A stretch of DNA of 44,393 nucleotides from Nemertoderma westbladi (Eukaryota; Animalia; Xenacoelomorpha), in NCBI GenBank assembly GCA_032718475.1, contig JAUCBJ010006481.1, forward strand, positions 1-44,393, given 5' to 3'. Both the position numbers and the translations under genes were made by a program. Numbering within the stretch: position 1 is the stretch's first letter; each line of letters opens with the position of its first letter. The notes under the pieces were generated by a model. The model saw only the letters and a list, made by a program, of their open reading frames with translations, made no database searches and had not been told where the DNA came from. Of this stretch, positions 1 to 12,945 are shown in pieces.

Positions 1-627
1 GACAATACAAAGTAAAACACAAAACAAGCATCAAATTATGACGTGATATATCAATAAACAAAAAATCATTGTTGCTACGAGAAGTGTATAAAAAATGAAT
101 GAAAATATATTAAGCTTATTTGCCTTGCAATAATAGTGTTGAGGTAAATATCTTCTACATGATGATACAGGCTAAAAAGCACAAATCTATGGATATGCAC
201 CATAGAATACTATGTAATATTTATTATTATTTATTAGCATTTTGTGATAGCTAAATCACACCTGTGTCATAAAAACAAACACCAAGTAAGTTTCTGACTG
301 TTTTGTTTAAAGTAACACATAACTTATTAAAACTCCAAAGATAATATTAAAACGAATGACCAAAGCATCACCATCAAGCATTACAATATACATTCGAACA
401 AAGAGTATTAAACAGAGCAGATTTCAGCATAGGGGACCAATTATTCCATTTTATTAAATATTTTATCTCTACCGCAATATAACCATTATACTGAATGAAC
501 TACCGGTACACATAAAGTACAGTAGTTTCGGTGTATGAGACGTAGCCTGACCAACATGTGCAAGAACCGCATTTTTAGCAGTGCACCAATTATTAATTAC
601 TAGATTAAACTTCAAATTTTAATAATT

Positions 628-1728
628 ATGTCAACCTTGAATGTGTCAAGTATAGATTGGAACATTTCATCAACCACTTCTGTGGCCACAGAAAGTCAAC
701 TAAATACCGTTCCAGAATACAGATATTTGTGTAGAGATGGAAAAAATGTGTTACAACATTGCGACTATTATGTTGCAGTTTTGCTAAATATATTTTTATC
801 CAGCGCTGCTATAATACCAAATATTATTTATTACTATGGCCTGCCTTCCAATCTCATATTAATTCTCGCTATACTGGGATCAAGAAATTTACGTAAAAAT
901 AATGTGGGCCTTCTCATGGGGTTAATGGCATTGATGGATATCTCCATACTTATACAATATTTGCTGTTGAAATACATATCTGCATACAAATCTATATTGT
1001 ATGATATTTTCCAATGCTTTTTCAAACCATTGCTACTACATATGGCTACAAATATGTCCTACTGGTTGCAGGTTTTCGTTTGCATTGATCGATTTGTAGC
1101 TGTGTTCTTTCCAACATCTTACAATACTGTACTATCCCCAAAATCATTGAAGATGATTTTGATGCATTTTTTTTGTTTGAATGTTATGATGACAGCTATA
1201 ACTGCAACATCTAATTATTATTATTATAAAACAAGCGATTTAACATTTTGTCAGCAAATATATATCTCACCTGAATATGAGTATTACATTACATTGAATA
1301 ATATCATATATAAAACATTAGTACCATTTGCACTTGTTTTGGTCTTAAACACAATGATTATAATACAATTGGTGATGCGGGCAAAAAAAGGAGTAGGAAA
1401 ACTCACTGCAATAAAAAAAAAGCAGAGAAAAAATGATAAACGAATTACCACAGCATTTATTGTTGAAGGATCTGCATTTATGTTGCTATTGTTACCTGAA
1501 TTGATTCGAGATATAAAATATGTTGCTATTTTTCAAACCTATATTTTCGAGCAGAAATTTATAATTTATTTATCACTATTTTATCCTATTACATACTACT
1601 TCAAAGCAAGTATAAACTTAACTGTGTTGCTCTTCATTCTGCCTGTATTCAGACATGCTACTGTAGGACTAGTAACTCATATAATCAACTACATTTATAA
1701 GAAGTTGATAAAATTAAGAAAACAATAG
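628..1728 (+). CDS. Intronless rhodopsin-like (class A) 7TM GPCR, orphan/FMRFamide-receptor-like
   Basis: 366-aa ORF with about 7 hydrophobic segments. N-terminal N-x-S/T sites, TM1 'GLPSN', TM2 'LALMD'-like (MALMD), TM3 'CIDRFVAV' (DRY variant), TM6 'LLLP', TM7 'SINLTV..LP.FR'. Confidence 0.9.
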   Translation: MSTLNVSSIDWNISSTTSVATESQLNTVPEYRYLCRDGKNVLQHCDYYVAVLLNIFLSSAAIIPNIIYYYGLPSNLILILAILGSRNLRKNNVGLLMGLMALMDISILIQYLLLKYISAYKSILYDIFQCFFKPLLLHMATNMSYWLQVFVCIDRFVAVFFPTSYNTVLSPKSLKMILMHFFCLNVMMTAITATSNYYYYKTSDLTFCQQIYISPEYEYYITLNNIIYKTLVPFALVLVLNTMIIIQLVMRAKKGVGKLTAIKKKQRKNDKRITTAFIVEGSAFMLLLLPELIRDIKYVAIFQTYIFEQKFIIYLSLFYPITYYFKASINLTVLLFILPVFRHATVGLVTHIINYIYKKLIKLRKQ

Positions 1729-1955
1729 CAATTACATCGCATTTAAATTAGATTTTTCTCCACCATCACAATTATAATATTACAGGGAAAGTTGATAAAA
1801 ATATTTTAAACAAGAAAGGTAGGTATAGAAATTTGGTAGAAATTTATAATAATTACTCACAAAACATGCAAAATTGTGGCACGATCGTAATAAAGTTCTG
1901 TATCTGCTGTATTTTTAATATCTATCTGCTTGAAAAAAGGATGTTCATTTAGAAA

Positions 1956-2954
1956 ATGTCTCATAATAATATAACTACTGTTTATTATGATAATATAAAT
2001 TTAAACTATAATAATATTAAAGATTATAAAATCATTGGAGAATATGTTTTACCATATTTCATTTATATACTTAGTTTACCAATAAATATATTCATGTATT
2101 TGATTTTGAAGTGTTCAAAATCTCTCCGCCTGGATCAAAATCACCATTTGTTTCAATTGCATTGTTTAGGAGATATAATATTTCTTCTGCAGTGGGTTGT
2201 ACTCAGTATTGGTGACCGATCTGTTGTAATATATTCTGTTCGTAAACCCAATGGAGCATTTGATAAACTTGTTTATGTTTTATATATGTGTTTCATACGT
2301 ATTGGTCTTCGGAATTTTTCGCTTTTTCTTACCAGTGTTGTAATACTTTGCTATTATTTGCACAACATAAGTAATTATTATGAAGAGATTAAAAAGTTTT
2401 TCAAACTTCACATATTTATAAGGAACGTTAATGTCATATCAATTCTAATATTTTTATTTTCCATAACTAATGAAAGTATTCACTACCAAATATCCATGAC
2501 AACACGTCAAATAGCTGACAATGAACCAGTTTGTTTCAAACGAGCTTCATTGGTAACTCTAAGTCTAGTTTTTAATCCAATAGTTCGGACATTATTTATT
2601 TTACTTCCTTATATATCAATGTTAGTGTCAATTATTTATATACTCATTTTACAATTTTTGAAATTCAGGAATTTCAATTGTCAGATATCTTTCAAAAAAG
2701 ACACTAAATTATTAATTATAATTTTATTTATATTCCTAATTTTACGTTTCCCTGAGCAAATCGTAGGTTACATAACATTTGTAATGTGGGATCTAAATAA
2801 TCTACCAATATTAGCTACAACAGAGATATTTCTAATTTTATATACATTTTGTGTGCCATTTGCCGTACTGGTTTTAAATCATCATGTACATGACACAATT
2901 TCAAAAAATATTTTTCGAACTAAACAGTGGTTACAAATAGGTCCTACTATGTAA
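1956..2954 (+). CDS. Intronless, highly divergent 7TM receptor-like protein
   Basis: 332-aa ORF with about 7 hydrophobic segments. 'SLPIN' (TM1), 'CLGD' (TM2), 'LLPY' (TM5), 'RFPE' (TM6); DRY motif lost; tandem with the upstream GPCR. Confidence 0.7.
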   Translation: MSHNNITTVYYDNINLNYNNIKDYKIIGEYVLPYFIYILSLPINIFMYLILKCSKSLRLDQNHHLFQLHCLGDIIFLLQWVVLSIGDRSVVIYSVRKPNGAFDKLVYVLYMCFIRIGLRNFSLFLTSVVILCYYLHNISNYYEEIKKFFKLHIFIRNVNVISILIFLFSITNESIHYQISMTTRQIADNEPVCFKRASLVTLSLVFNPIVRTLFILLPYISMLVSIIYILILQFLKFRNFNCQISFKKDTKLLIIILFIFLILRFPEQIVGYITFVMWDLNNLPILATTEIFLILYTFCVPFAVLVLNHHVHDTISKNIFRTKQWLQIGPTM

Positions 2955-3532
2955 GTGGAAAATACATTGTGGAAAATACTAACAGTCATTATATATTTAA
3001 TTATGATTTACTCATGTTATATTATGATTAATAATTATTGGAATTATTAAAAATCAATTAACAAGCTTTAGCTTTAGATTTTAATTACACATTAGTTAAT
3101 ACATATATATATCAGTAAAACCCATTTTTATGATGAATCACGTGTCTTGCCCAAACCATCTCCCAGGAAATCCAGATGTGGAAAGTCTTACAGCTACTTC
3201 TGGCCATCCTCAATATTTTAAGGGCCTTTTCAAACTCATCAAAAGTAATGTTGGCTGTGATATTGATATAAGAGTGACAATGAGTTCAAATAGTTATTTT
3301 CTTGCTGATAAGAAGCACCTTGGTGTAGCCCACCCACATTCAAGATATTCTCATAAGTTTTTATAAGCGTTTACTGTTTGTATTGTGCGTTTAATATATA
3401 TAACTATATTTTTTTTTTTGGGAATTAAAATTGAAATTGAAGACTTTATTTGACTAAATTTCATCATGATGAGGAGTAGTAGTAGTTGTAATTAACCAGC
3501 ACCATTATTGACAGACCACGACTTAGAAATTC

Positions 3533-3925
3533 TTCTTCTTCTTTATTATACTACTACTACTAGGTCGTACTATACTACTACTAGTAGAAATGAAATCCTT
3601 CCAGACTTCTCGATTCTCCATAGTTGTCGCAATTTCGTTTCTCCTAAGTTCAGTATCCCTTTCAAGTTGATCTATATATGTTATGTCCGAACGTCCACGG
3701 CTACGCTTTCCATGAGTTGGTTGCCAGAGAAGTAGATCTGGTATGACCTCGTCTTTACTTCGCCAGCAGTGCCCACTGAATCTTAAACTGCGTTCATGGA
3801 GGGTGGTTGATACAGGTGGTATTGTACTATAAAGCTCGGCGTTTGTCATGTGTTGTCTCCAGCTGATGTTTAGGGCTGCCCTTAGTATTCTGGGGTAGCA
3901 ACCATCAATTCGTTGTTCAAGTGAT
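3533..3925 (-). mobile_element. RTE-clade LINE, 5'-truncated 3' end (family 1)
   Basis: Translates as the RTE C-terminus (LRFSGHCWR..LLLWQP.HGKRSRGR..TYIDQLERDT) followed by a (TAG)n/TAA/AAG simple-repeat tail. Same family as 33205-33745. Confidence 0.85.
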
Positions 3926-4658
3926 TGAACAACTTCTTTCTTTCAGAACAGCTTCTTTATTATATATACATATATTTATTAGGAATGCAATATGGGGTTG
4001 CCAACAAAATGATGCTGCCATAGCTCCATATTACCTATGACATAGGCGAGATTATCTACGTCAAGTTTACAAAGATGCTTCCAAAGAAAGTCATGGGCTG
4101 TCAAGAAATTGAAGAAATTAAATTTTGCAAAATTTGCTGAAGATTCGGGTTAAATGTTGTAAACTTTTGATTGTGCCCAAAGATTACTCAGCAGTTTAGT
4201 ACAGTCACTATCCAATGTGTTGGTCTGTTTGTAAATGCAACAAACATTTTTTAGTGCCATGTAAGAAGACTAGGTAAACTAGGACCTTGAAATCGTAGGT
4301 ACAGTTATTTTTTACCATTAGTTATTAGCTGATTACTGTTCAATCAGTGAATTAATATCAATACACAAACACAACAGTAAAATGGGATTATAAAAGTTGA
4401 TAAATAACTACGCATAGCTGATTAGAAGGGTTTACTAGGTTACAGGTATAAATATACTAATATAGTACAGTTGTAGATTAGATTAGGTACGGTAGAGAAG
4501 TAGGCTGGTAAAGACAAAATTGTTAAAATGTTAAATATAATTAAACAAAAATTTCAATTAGTTAAATTTAATTAATAAATTACTACAATTATTTAAGTAT
4601 TTCTTAGTAATATATGCTTTTATGATTGGTAATATTAGTCCATCAGAGAAAATATATT

Positions 4659-5492
4659 ATGGATCAAACACAATTATATAATATAGTCACATCTTTGCCA
4701 ACAATCATTTTTGCTGTTTTGGTGGTCTGTTTATTCGGATATACACAATCCATATCATATGGGAGTTTTTACTTTGGATATAAGGGGCAAGATGATTTTT
4801 ATCAAGAACTTGGTTTTTTGCGCTACCTTGTTATAACTGGAATAATGTGTTCGTTGCTTATAGCAATGGTCTCATTCTTAAGTCTACTATACCGAAAATA
4901 TTTTAAATTGAATATCATCTATATAGCCATATGTATCACAGCGATGTCGACACAATTATTAATACTATCTATATCAATACACAATAGACATTCATATAAT
5001 TCACAACCGAATACCATTGCTGATAAAATGTTTAAAATGGCTAATGAGATTAAATTTGATAATCGCAATGAAGATTCTGTGTTGCGTTACATGTATTACT
5101 TTCAAGACACCTTTGAATGTTGTGGGGGTTATAATTATACTGATTATGCTGGTGGCTTATCTGAAATGTTGTTTAATGACAGTGAAGCTGTACTGTCATT
5201 GGGTGACCCTATTGGTGGTCATAGAGATTGGCTACCTGGTTCAAAATTACCTAATTCATGTTGCAAGTCTGTTATTAATAATGAGGATAATATTACTTGT
5301 AGAAATGCAGAGCCTGATTATTGGTTGTCTAACAATAATGGAATCACTTTACCAGGTTGTGGGATAACAGCAAGTAATTGGCTTGTTCGGATGTCGACAT
5401 TATTGTCTTATTTTATTTTAGGCATTTCTGTATGTGAATCAGTTACTATAATAGGTCGATTTATTTACATTACTAAATTTCAAGGGACATAG
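4659..5492 (+). CDS. Intronless tetraspanin
   Basis: Four TM segments; large extracellular loop with ECCG, PNSCC and LPGC motifs. First true ATG is at 4659 (the ORF track starts at a TTG, 4626). Confidence 0.9.
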   Translation: MDQTQLYNIVTSLPTIIFAVLVVCLFGYTQSISYGSFYFGYKGQDDFYQELGFLRYLVITGIMCSLLIAMVSFLSLLYRKYFKLNIIYIAICITAMSTQLLILSISIHNRHSYNSQPNTIADKMFKMANEIKFDNRNEDSVLRYMYYFQDTFECCGGYNYTDYAGGLSEMLFNDSEAVLSLGDPIGGHRDWLPGSKLPNSCCKSVINNEDNITCRNAEPDYWLSNNNGITLPGCGITASNWLVRMSTLLSYFILGISVCESVTIIGRFIYITKFQGT

Positions 5493-6023
5493 ATTTAGTT
5501 TAAAATACAAAATATTTGAAAACTTGACAAGTATCCAATCTACTGAAGAACGGACTTTAGTATCAGTTTTTTGTGCAATATAATGGCAGTATTCGTGTCA
5601 TAAAGGAAAGATTATTCATATTTATAAATAAATCATTCGCCTTTTACATAAATATTTGTCAATAGTATGAATATGCATCATTCATAATTATATCAAGCAA
5701 GAACACAACTTACAATCTATATTTTTCCTCAACCACTAGAAAAGCCAGCAAGCTGGCTGTAAACGAAAGTATGGATGCAGGACTATCATCCGTGGGGTAA
5801 TGGGTGAATGCATGGAATTCAACAAGGAAGCATATTATTCTTCAGCACGACGTCCATATTATTTATATCTATTTTTCTCAACAGCCTCTTCAAATATCAT
5901 AATTATTATAAGTTAACTTAGTTACCTCGATATTAGAACCTATGCGGAATTTCATTAGTTTTCATTGTATTAGAAACATGTCATACAACATACGATTATC
6001 ATGAATCATTGAATCATGAATCA

Positions 6024-7609
6024 TGAAAGCACCCCCCCCAACCCCCACTATGGATTACATTAGCAATGCGGAGGTCCGGCCACTAGAGGCCAGTGGAATT
6101 ACCGGACACAATCGGCCTCACAGGCGTCAGTTAACTCCTGACCGGCTGCCTGTCTCACCCCCTACTGGAGAGAGAGCAGCCAACAATTCTTTGAGTCCCT
6201 TTCCTGATGTCCTTTCTGGCCCAAACCCTGGGTCACCAGGAAGGCCAGATTGTGATGGGGAGAGGGATTCTGGAGTTGGAGGCTTCTCTCATGTTCCACC
6301 CCGACCAACAAAGCCATTGGTGAATCTGAGGCAAGTCACAAGACTAGCCTCAGTAAACACCCTAACACTCGGGTCCCCAATGCGACAAGGTGAGCTGACT
6401 GCCTTGGCAGATAAGCTTTCTCTTAGCGCAGTGGGTGTTCAAGAGCACCGAATGCAGACTGGACAGACTGATGAGGTTCTGATTAAGGAATGAGGGGCGG
6501 TTGGCGACTCGCCCTCGCGTCAGCAGATGATAGTGGCAATGGTGGAATTGGTCTATTGATGAATCCAACTGCACATGCAGCATTGGACAAAATAGACCAA
6601 ATCTCTAACCGCATCATCCGTTGCCACTTCTCATGTTCTGGAAGACTGGCTAAGAAGTTTCCTAAGGTGGTTCTTGCACCATTCTTGTTCATTATTGTGG
6701 TTGACTATGTTCTACGCATGTCCTTAGATCATTATAATGATGATGGGGTGATGATAACTCCACCTACTGGCTCCAGAAGTCGAGGAAATCCTGCCAAGTA
6801 CCTAACTGATCTAGACTTTGCTGATGACTTAGGAGTACTCTCAGAATCATTAGAGGGAGCCCAACGGCTCCTCAGCTCATTAGAACATGCTGCTTCTAGT
6901 GTTGGTCTTTTTATTAACTCCAGAAAGACCAAAATTCTGACAGTTAACTTTGAAAGTCCTCAGCAAGTCTCTGATCGGATGAGCATAAGCTCAAAGGATG
7001 GTATGCTTGAGCATGTGGACGACTTCTGTTACCTGGGATTATGGATCCGGAAGTCAGGTGAGGCATGGGCAGCCTTGAATAGGCTTTCCAGGATTTGGAA
7101 GTCACCGAGAATTAATCGGAAACTTAAGGTCCGATTATTTAGAGCAGCAGTAGTTCCAGTACTCCTCTACGGGAGTCCATGCTGGGCTCTAACTGCTGAG
7201 GACACCAAATCTCTGGATGGCACATTCACAAGAATGCTACGCCGGGTTCATTGTGTCAAGTACAATGCACACATCTCCAACCAGACACTATATAACATTG
7301 GAGGTGTCTCATTGGTTCCCCCAAGCTTGACACTAGAACAAAATCGCCTCCGCTTTGCAGGACATTGCTTTCGCCGTGAGGACCAGCCAGTGCATAATCT
7401 TGTACTTTGGCAACCTCATGGAGTGAATAAGCATGGTGGACAGCCCATAACTTTCTTGAGACGCATCTTAAAGGACACTGGCCTTAAAGATGCGGATGAT
7501 CTAGCAAATGTCATGGGTGATAGGGAGTTGTGGCGGTGCAATTTTGTTGACAAGCCGGCACAGCATTCTTAAAAATGCAGCTGCAATGCAGCATGCCGAT
7601 CCTAGTAGT
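6024..7609 (+). mobile_element. RTE-clade LINE (family 2), internally deleted copy with TSD
   Basis: AP-endonuclease N-terminus (LASVNTLTL, VGVQEHR, GGIGLL) fused to RT (VLAPFLFIIVVD, DLDFADDL) and the RTE C-terminus, with a (TAG) tail. Flanked by ATCATGAATCA at 6013-6023 and 7610-7620. Confidence 0.9.
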
Positions 7610-7974
7610 ATCATGAATCACATAAATAATGGGGATTAATGATCACCTACCCAATGATGACGACACTCCATAGTACTAAACATTAATAATACTATATATT
7701 TATATCATTCCTATACGCATTGTTCTAGGCGCATAGAACAAGATTGTGCCGGATCCCACCAAAATGTAACTCCATAATCTTGGCATTGCAACATCATACT
7801 AACTTCAGTGTCCAATGTAGCTAAAAAAAGTTCCCTCAGTTGGAAACTGTGGAAATTTTCATCACAGAACAGAGGTCAGAATCAATTAAAACTAAATCAA
7901 TTGGTCTCATGATATATCCAATGAGCTAAGATGCAACTTCTGGCTATTTGGCCAACCAATCCTTATGACCTTTC

Positions 7975-8436
7975 TGACCCAAACCCTGGGTCACCAGGGA
8001 GGCCAGATTGTGAGGGGGGGAGGGATTCTGAATTAGATCCGACCAACCAAGCCATTGGTGAACCTGAGGTAAGTTACTAGACTAGCATGAGTCCATACCC
8101 TAACACTCGTGTCCCTAAGACGATGTACAAGGCGAACTGACTGCCCTGGCAGATAAGCTTGGCCTTAGTGCAGTGGGTGTTCAAGTGCACCGAATGCAGA
8201 CTGGTCAGACTGATGAGGTTCTGATTAAGGACATTGGGGTGGTTGGCAACTTGTCCTCGCATCAGCAGATGATAATTGTAATGGTGGAATTGGTCTATTA
8301 ATGAACCAAATACACGCACTATGTAGCATTGGACTAAATAGACCAAATCTCCAACCACATCATCCGTTGCCACTTCTCATGTTCTACAAGACTGGCTAAG
8401 AAGTTTCCTAAGGTGGTTCTGATTGTGTGCTGTCAT
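7975..8436 (+). mobile_element. RTE family 2, 5'/endonuclease fragment
   Basis: Clear nucleotide similarity to ~6220-6673 (CCCAAACCCTGGGTCACCAGG...AAGTTTCCTAAGGTGGTTCT); degenerate. Confidence 0.85.
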
Positions 8437-11139
8437 CTGATTGACTGACTGATTGTACCGGTACCACACCCAATTCTGCAATTCTAACTATTATGTAGTA
8501 ATGTTGTAATATCATAATTATTATGTGCTTATGTTGTAATATCATAACATCAAGGAGGATGTGGACAAAACTTAAACTTGAGAATGAAAGACTGAAGGCA
8601 GAAAACAACCCCATACCCATCCGCGTTCCTCATCAATAACCAATCCGTCGTCCGCCGTTGGATCCGGTGTAGCGGGCCGGTACTGCTGTAAGCAACGGCT
8701 TAGTTATTATCAGAAAGTTGCTAAATAACTAACCGAGGCTTGGAATGATTTTTTTGCTGTTAAACGGTTGTCGTTAGTGAAAGTTTTTGTCATATCATTT
8801 CGAAACGAAATGATGGAATCCCCTTTGAATAAATGATAATTCTCTGCTGCGTTCCACAGCATTAACAAATTTCGTATTAAGTTGAGTCACATAGAGTCCA
8901 CTCTAAGAGTTTTAATGATTCTCCCTTGGATGATTCTCTCTTGATCTCCTCGACGTCTACTAGAAAGGATTTTATTGGACCTGAAAGATGAATTTAAAAA
9001 ATATTAACAGCCAGGAAATGAACTATGATGACAATGAGTAAACTATTTAATGAACTTGCAAATCGTGATATCTTTACAGCTATTTGAAAAATAATGCGAG
9101 CAAAAATATTGTATATTTGTGATATTATTTCTCATGATATTTTTCACTACAACCGATTGAAATAAACATGGTCGATAAATAAATATGCTTACCTTATATG
9201 CGATCCCACTTTCCGTGTCACAAAGATACTGAAATCTGCGATGTCCTTTGGACTACTAAATTGAGAATATACTGTAAGTAATACAATTATTCAAAAATAC
9301 CCTTGAAATACCTGTGCGAAACAAAATGGAATAGAATGTTTAGCATCAAAAGGCATATATAAGGTCTTGAAGTTGTATGTGCTAACGAATGCCATGCAAT
9401 CATCTGTAGCCAATAAAGAGAGCGTCTAATTAGCACTCGGTTGACATCTTGATACAGGTGCATGTGCCTAACAATAGGGTGATACATTGAGCAATATTCA
9501 ATTTGATAGTTTGCTATTGTGGCGAAACGTGATTGGTTGACTTCAGCATATCATTATATTATTTTGCTTCCGAGATGCACAGCAATAGACAAAATATATG
9601 GCTAACAACAGTGATATTAGTTTCCTTGGTTCCAGTAGTAATATGCAATCGATTCGCTCTAGGTTGCTCTAGCAATGTACCGGAATTACCGGAATATAAT
9701 GGCTCAGACCTGGAGCAATAGACTGCCACTGCCACTGGAGAGCCCGAGGCCCGACAGTGTCTTATGAGGGATAAATAATGCAGCCTATTTAATGGATCAT
9801 GATAAACCAACATAAACACCAAAGTAAAACCTCATAAGATAGCATTATGGTGTACCCCCTGGGAAGTAGGCACTTTGCTTTGATCTTTTTTAGGTCGATT
9901 TTTAAAGGATTTTTCCAGGAGAATGGCGAAAGCTAGAACGATTCTGTTTGCGCGATCTTATAGATGTCCCGGCGCGCACAGCAGAGAAATATTTGGCAAC
10001 AATCTGTTAATTAATTAATTAGTAATTAGCGATTAAAGATTTCTAATTAATTTTTCTCGAAAAGTATTTGGTTTTTCCCCTAGCAATGGTGTTTTTTTTT
10101 TGTTCATCTCGGTAAAATCTAAAAAAAGTTCAGTCATCGCTATGGCCCTCCTATTACTGTTAATTAGTACTAATTAGCCAAAAACTAATTAGCGTCATAA
10201 CTCGAAAACACTAAGAGCTATGAAAAAACGTAACATCACAAAGTTGTTCGGAATTTTATTCTACACAAAAAAGTCTCTGGCGCCGATGCCGTATCTCCTA
10301 CCGTTAATTAGTAATTAACTAATTACTTAATAACCTAATTGGCGGGGGGGGGGGGGGGGGGCTTTCCCCCCCCCCCCCAAAAAAAAATCCTTATTCACAA
10401 GGTTTATCAAAGCGGCTTACTATTTTACAAATGATAATTACTCTAAAATCTTTTGAATCAAACTAATTAACGATTTTACTAATTAGTAAAGTTCCCCAAA
10501 TTAATTAATAATTTATCCAATCCGGCTGCAATTATTAATACAGCTGATTCATCAGCCTGGTTCAGCAAAAGTCAGGAGTTGGTAGTATGCTCCAAAAACT
10601 GTGTTCATACTACTGACCTATGCCGGTAGCTACTACCTAGCTCTGTCTGTATGTAGCTAATCATAGTCTGCAGTGCCCGGTGTACTCTGGGTCTGCTATC
10701 GGTACTGTCAGTCCGAGCTGTATGCACTGCTTGCCTAGAACAACCACATCCGGTACAGCAGTACAGCGCCGCGGTACCTGTTGTCCGTTCTTAACACTTA
10801 GGCATGTACAGATGTAAGAGGATGCTTTAGGCTTTCTGGCAGTTATTTAAAACATTGTAGGCAGATTCCCAAGGTTGGCAATATTGTCCTCCTTGTTCAG
10901 GCGCAGTCGGAATGACTAAATTATGGTCATTAGGTGCAGTTAAAAGTTGCCCAACTTGAAGGCCTATGTAATTGCGTTATTTCAATACCTCACCCAGGGC
11001 TATCTGACGAAATGGATTTAGACCATCGAGGTGGGTAGAGACCATTGATGTGTATCTGATGCATACCACAAAAAATTTGATCAGACCGAGATCATGCAGT
11101 CAGAACATGATCTTTTTCTGACCGCGTACTGGTAGGTTT

Positions 11140-11430
11140 CTTGCCTATAAGCAATAACATTTTTTGATATAATTTTACACGAATATGTTTTGGCTGGTAA
11201 TCTGAAGCTGCTGTATGGGTCCCAGGTCGCCACCAGACCGTGGTCACCGTATCTGGCACCTGATTGGCTGTTACTTTCAAACATCGAAAATGTGCCCAGG
11301 CCTTGACATGTTACGGTACAATTTTATGCGAAAATGTTTTGGATGGTACTCTGAAGCTCCAGTTTGGGTCCCAGGTCGCGACCATACCGTGGTCACCAGA
11401 TACGGCCTCTGATTGGCTGATTCTTTGAAC
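11140..11430. repeat. Two diverged tandem copies of a ~148-bp unit
   Basis: GGGTCCCAGGTCGC..ACCGTGGTCACC..CTGATTGGCTG occurs at ~11217-11270 and ~11366-11419. Confidence 0.7.
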
Positions 11431-11690
11431 GTTAATAACTCGAGTTTTATTCACTTTGTGGCGGAGTTTAAAGGCTAGGAATATTCCATGGAATGTCCCC
11501 TAGCTGACTGAAGATGTTTCATCGCTGGTAGATTACTGGTTTTGGCTACATAGCCTGTACTTGGTCGAAATTTTAAAACCTGATATCTTAAGATCTATTA
11601 ACTTTGGAGCGTTGAATAAAAGCTTAGAATGTTCCCTTGAACATCCCCATCACGCTGCTGAAAATGCCATCGCGGTCACACTACGGTCCT

Positions 11691-12020
11691 ACTAATTACC
11701 CCAACCTACCACAAACTACCACAATCTACCGCAATCTACCCCAACAATTTGATACAGGCATCCAATTACCACAATGTTATTTTACAATGGCATCTAATTA
11801 CCACAATATACAGAATGCAAGTGTCTAATTACCACAACACTATACTGCATCTAACTGTCTAATTACCACAATATACAGAACTCAAGTGTCTATTTACCAC
11901 AAGACTACACTGCATCTAATTACCACAATATTATTTTACAATGGCATCTAATTACCACAATATACAGAACGCAAGTGTCTATTTACCACAAGACTATATT
12001 GCGGTCTAATTACCACAATC
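11691..12020 (+). repeat. Minisatellite built on CTAATTACCACAA
   Basis: About 10 recurrences of (T)CTA(A/T)TTACCACAA with variable spacers. Confidence 0.85.
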
Positions 12021-12945
12021 TATCCTTTCACCACGCTCCACTATGCGTGGTTCCAGATCCATACCCAACTCCTGGTATCCTTCCCCGGGCCGCTTCTCAC
12101 ATGGGACCTCCCCATCGCCCGTCTCTGGTTTCTCCTCTACGTCCTCAACAGTGCATGACAGCATGCAACCTGATGTCTCGGACACACCAAAGGGTGTCCC
12201 CATCTTAATTGGGCCAGTGAGTGTCCATCCAAATGGCGTGAGAATGGCCATCGGGTCTCGCTCCCTGTCATCGCTGAAAATGGTCTGTAGTCTATTGTGG
12301 GCCATAGGGCAGTCCATGCTGACTATGAGAGATACCTTCGGGACATCCAGCTTGGGCACGGAGAAATCGATGTTGTCCAGGTACTGGTATTGCTCTATCT
12401 CGATCTTTGTCGGTCGCCTGGCATTGATATTAATCGATTCTATTATTTGGATGGGTTCGATGGTAGCCCCATAGCCGCACCCTGGTGTTATCGCTGATAT
12501 CTCGCAACGCCCCGTTCTCATTCTCATGATCTCGTCCTTATTAGAGATAGTGGTTACCGCCATCTTGCTAGGCCTCGCCTGTAACCCTATTCTTTCGGCC
12601 AGCCAACTCTCCATTAACGTGAATGCTGCTCCACTATTGACCAACATTAGTGTTGTGGCCGATAGCCCGTCCTTTCCTGTTATTCTCACTGGTACTACCC
12701 CGAGTAGTACTGTCCTCTTTCTCCTTGCTCCCGTCGTGTTCGTAGCCATAGTTTGGCCTCCAGTCTCATCAGTCTCGTCGTATTCTATCGGTGTTTCTCT
12801 ACACTCTCCGAGTCTGTGTCCTTCTACCACGCATCGATGACATAGTCCATTTATATCCTCGTAGACTACCCGATCTTGTTTAGGCAACGCTTGCTAATGC
12901 TTACAGTCCATGGTCTTATGGGTTCCATCTCTGTGGAGTCTATGC
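12018..12945 (-). mobile_element. Inverted Bel/Pao gag-end/protease fragment (left arm of fold-back)
   Basis: CCHC knuckle CHRCVVEGHRLGEC preceded by H....C..[stop]..L....R, and a Pao-type aspartic protease region (LVNSGA, AILTPFGWTLTGP). Reverse complement of 12961-13110 plus 17719-18385. Confidence 0.9.

Noticed and set aside
6468-6490. Other CTGATGA matches (6469, ~8210, ~13032, ~23683) as hammerheads
   Set aside because: No stem II + GAAA + stem I arrangement; they lie in coding sequence.
8600-9320. Apparent minus-strand splice sites (acceptors ~9312 and 8981, donor 9192)
   Set aside because: The frames I translated across the joins hit stops and gave no recognisable protein; could be UTR or non-coding exons, but unsupported.
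9845-10500. TAATTA-rich segment with a G-run/C-run inverted pair at ~10341-10378; probable DNA transposon relic
   Set aside because: No TIR pair or TSD could be defined.
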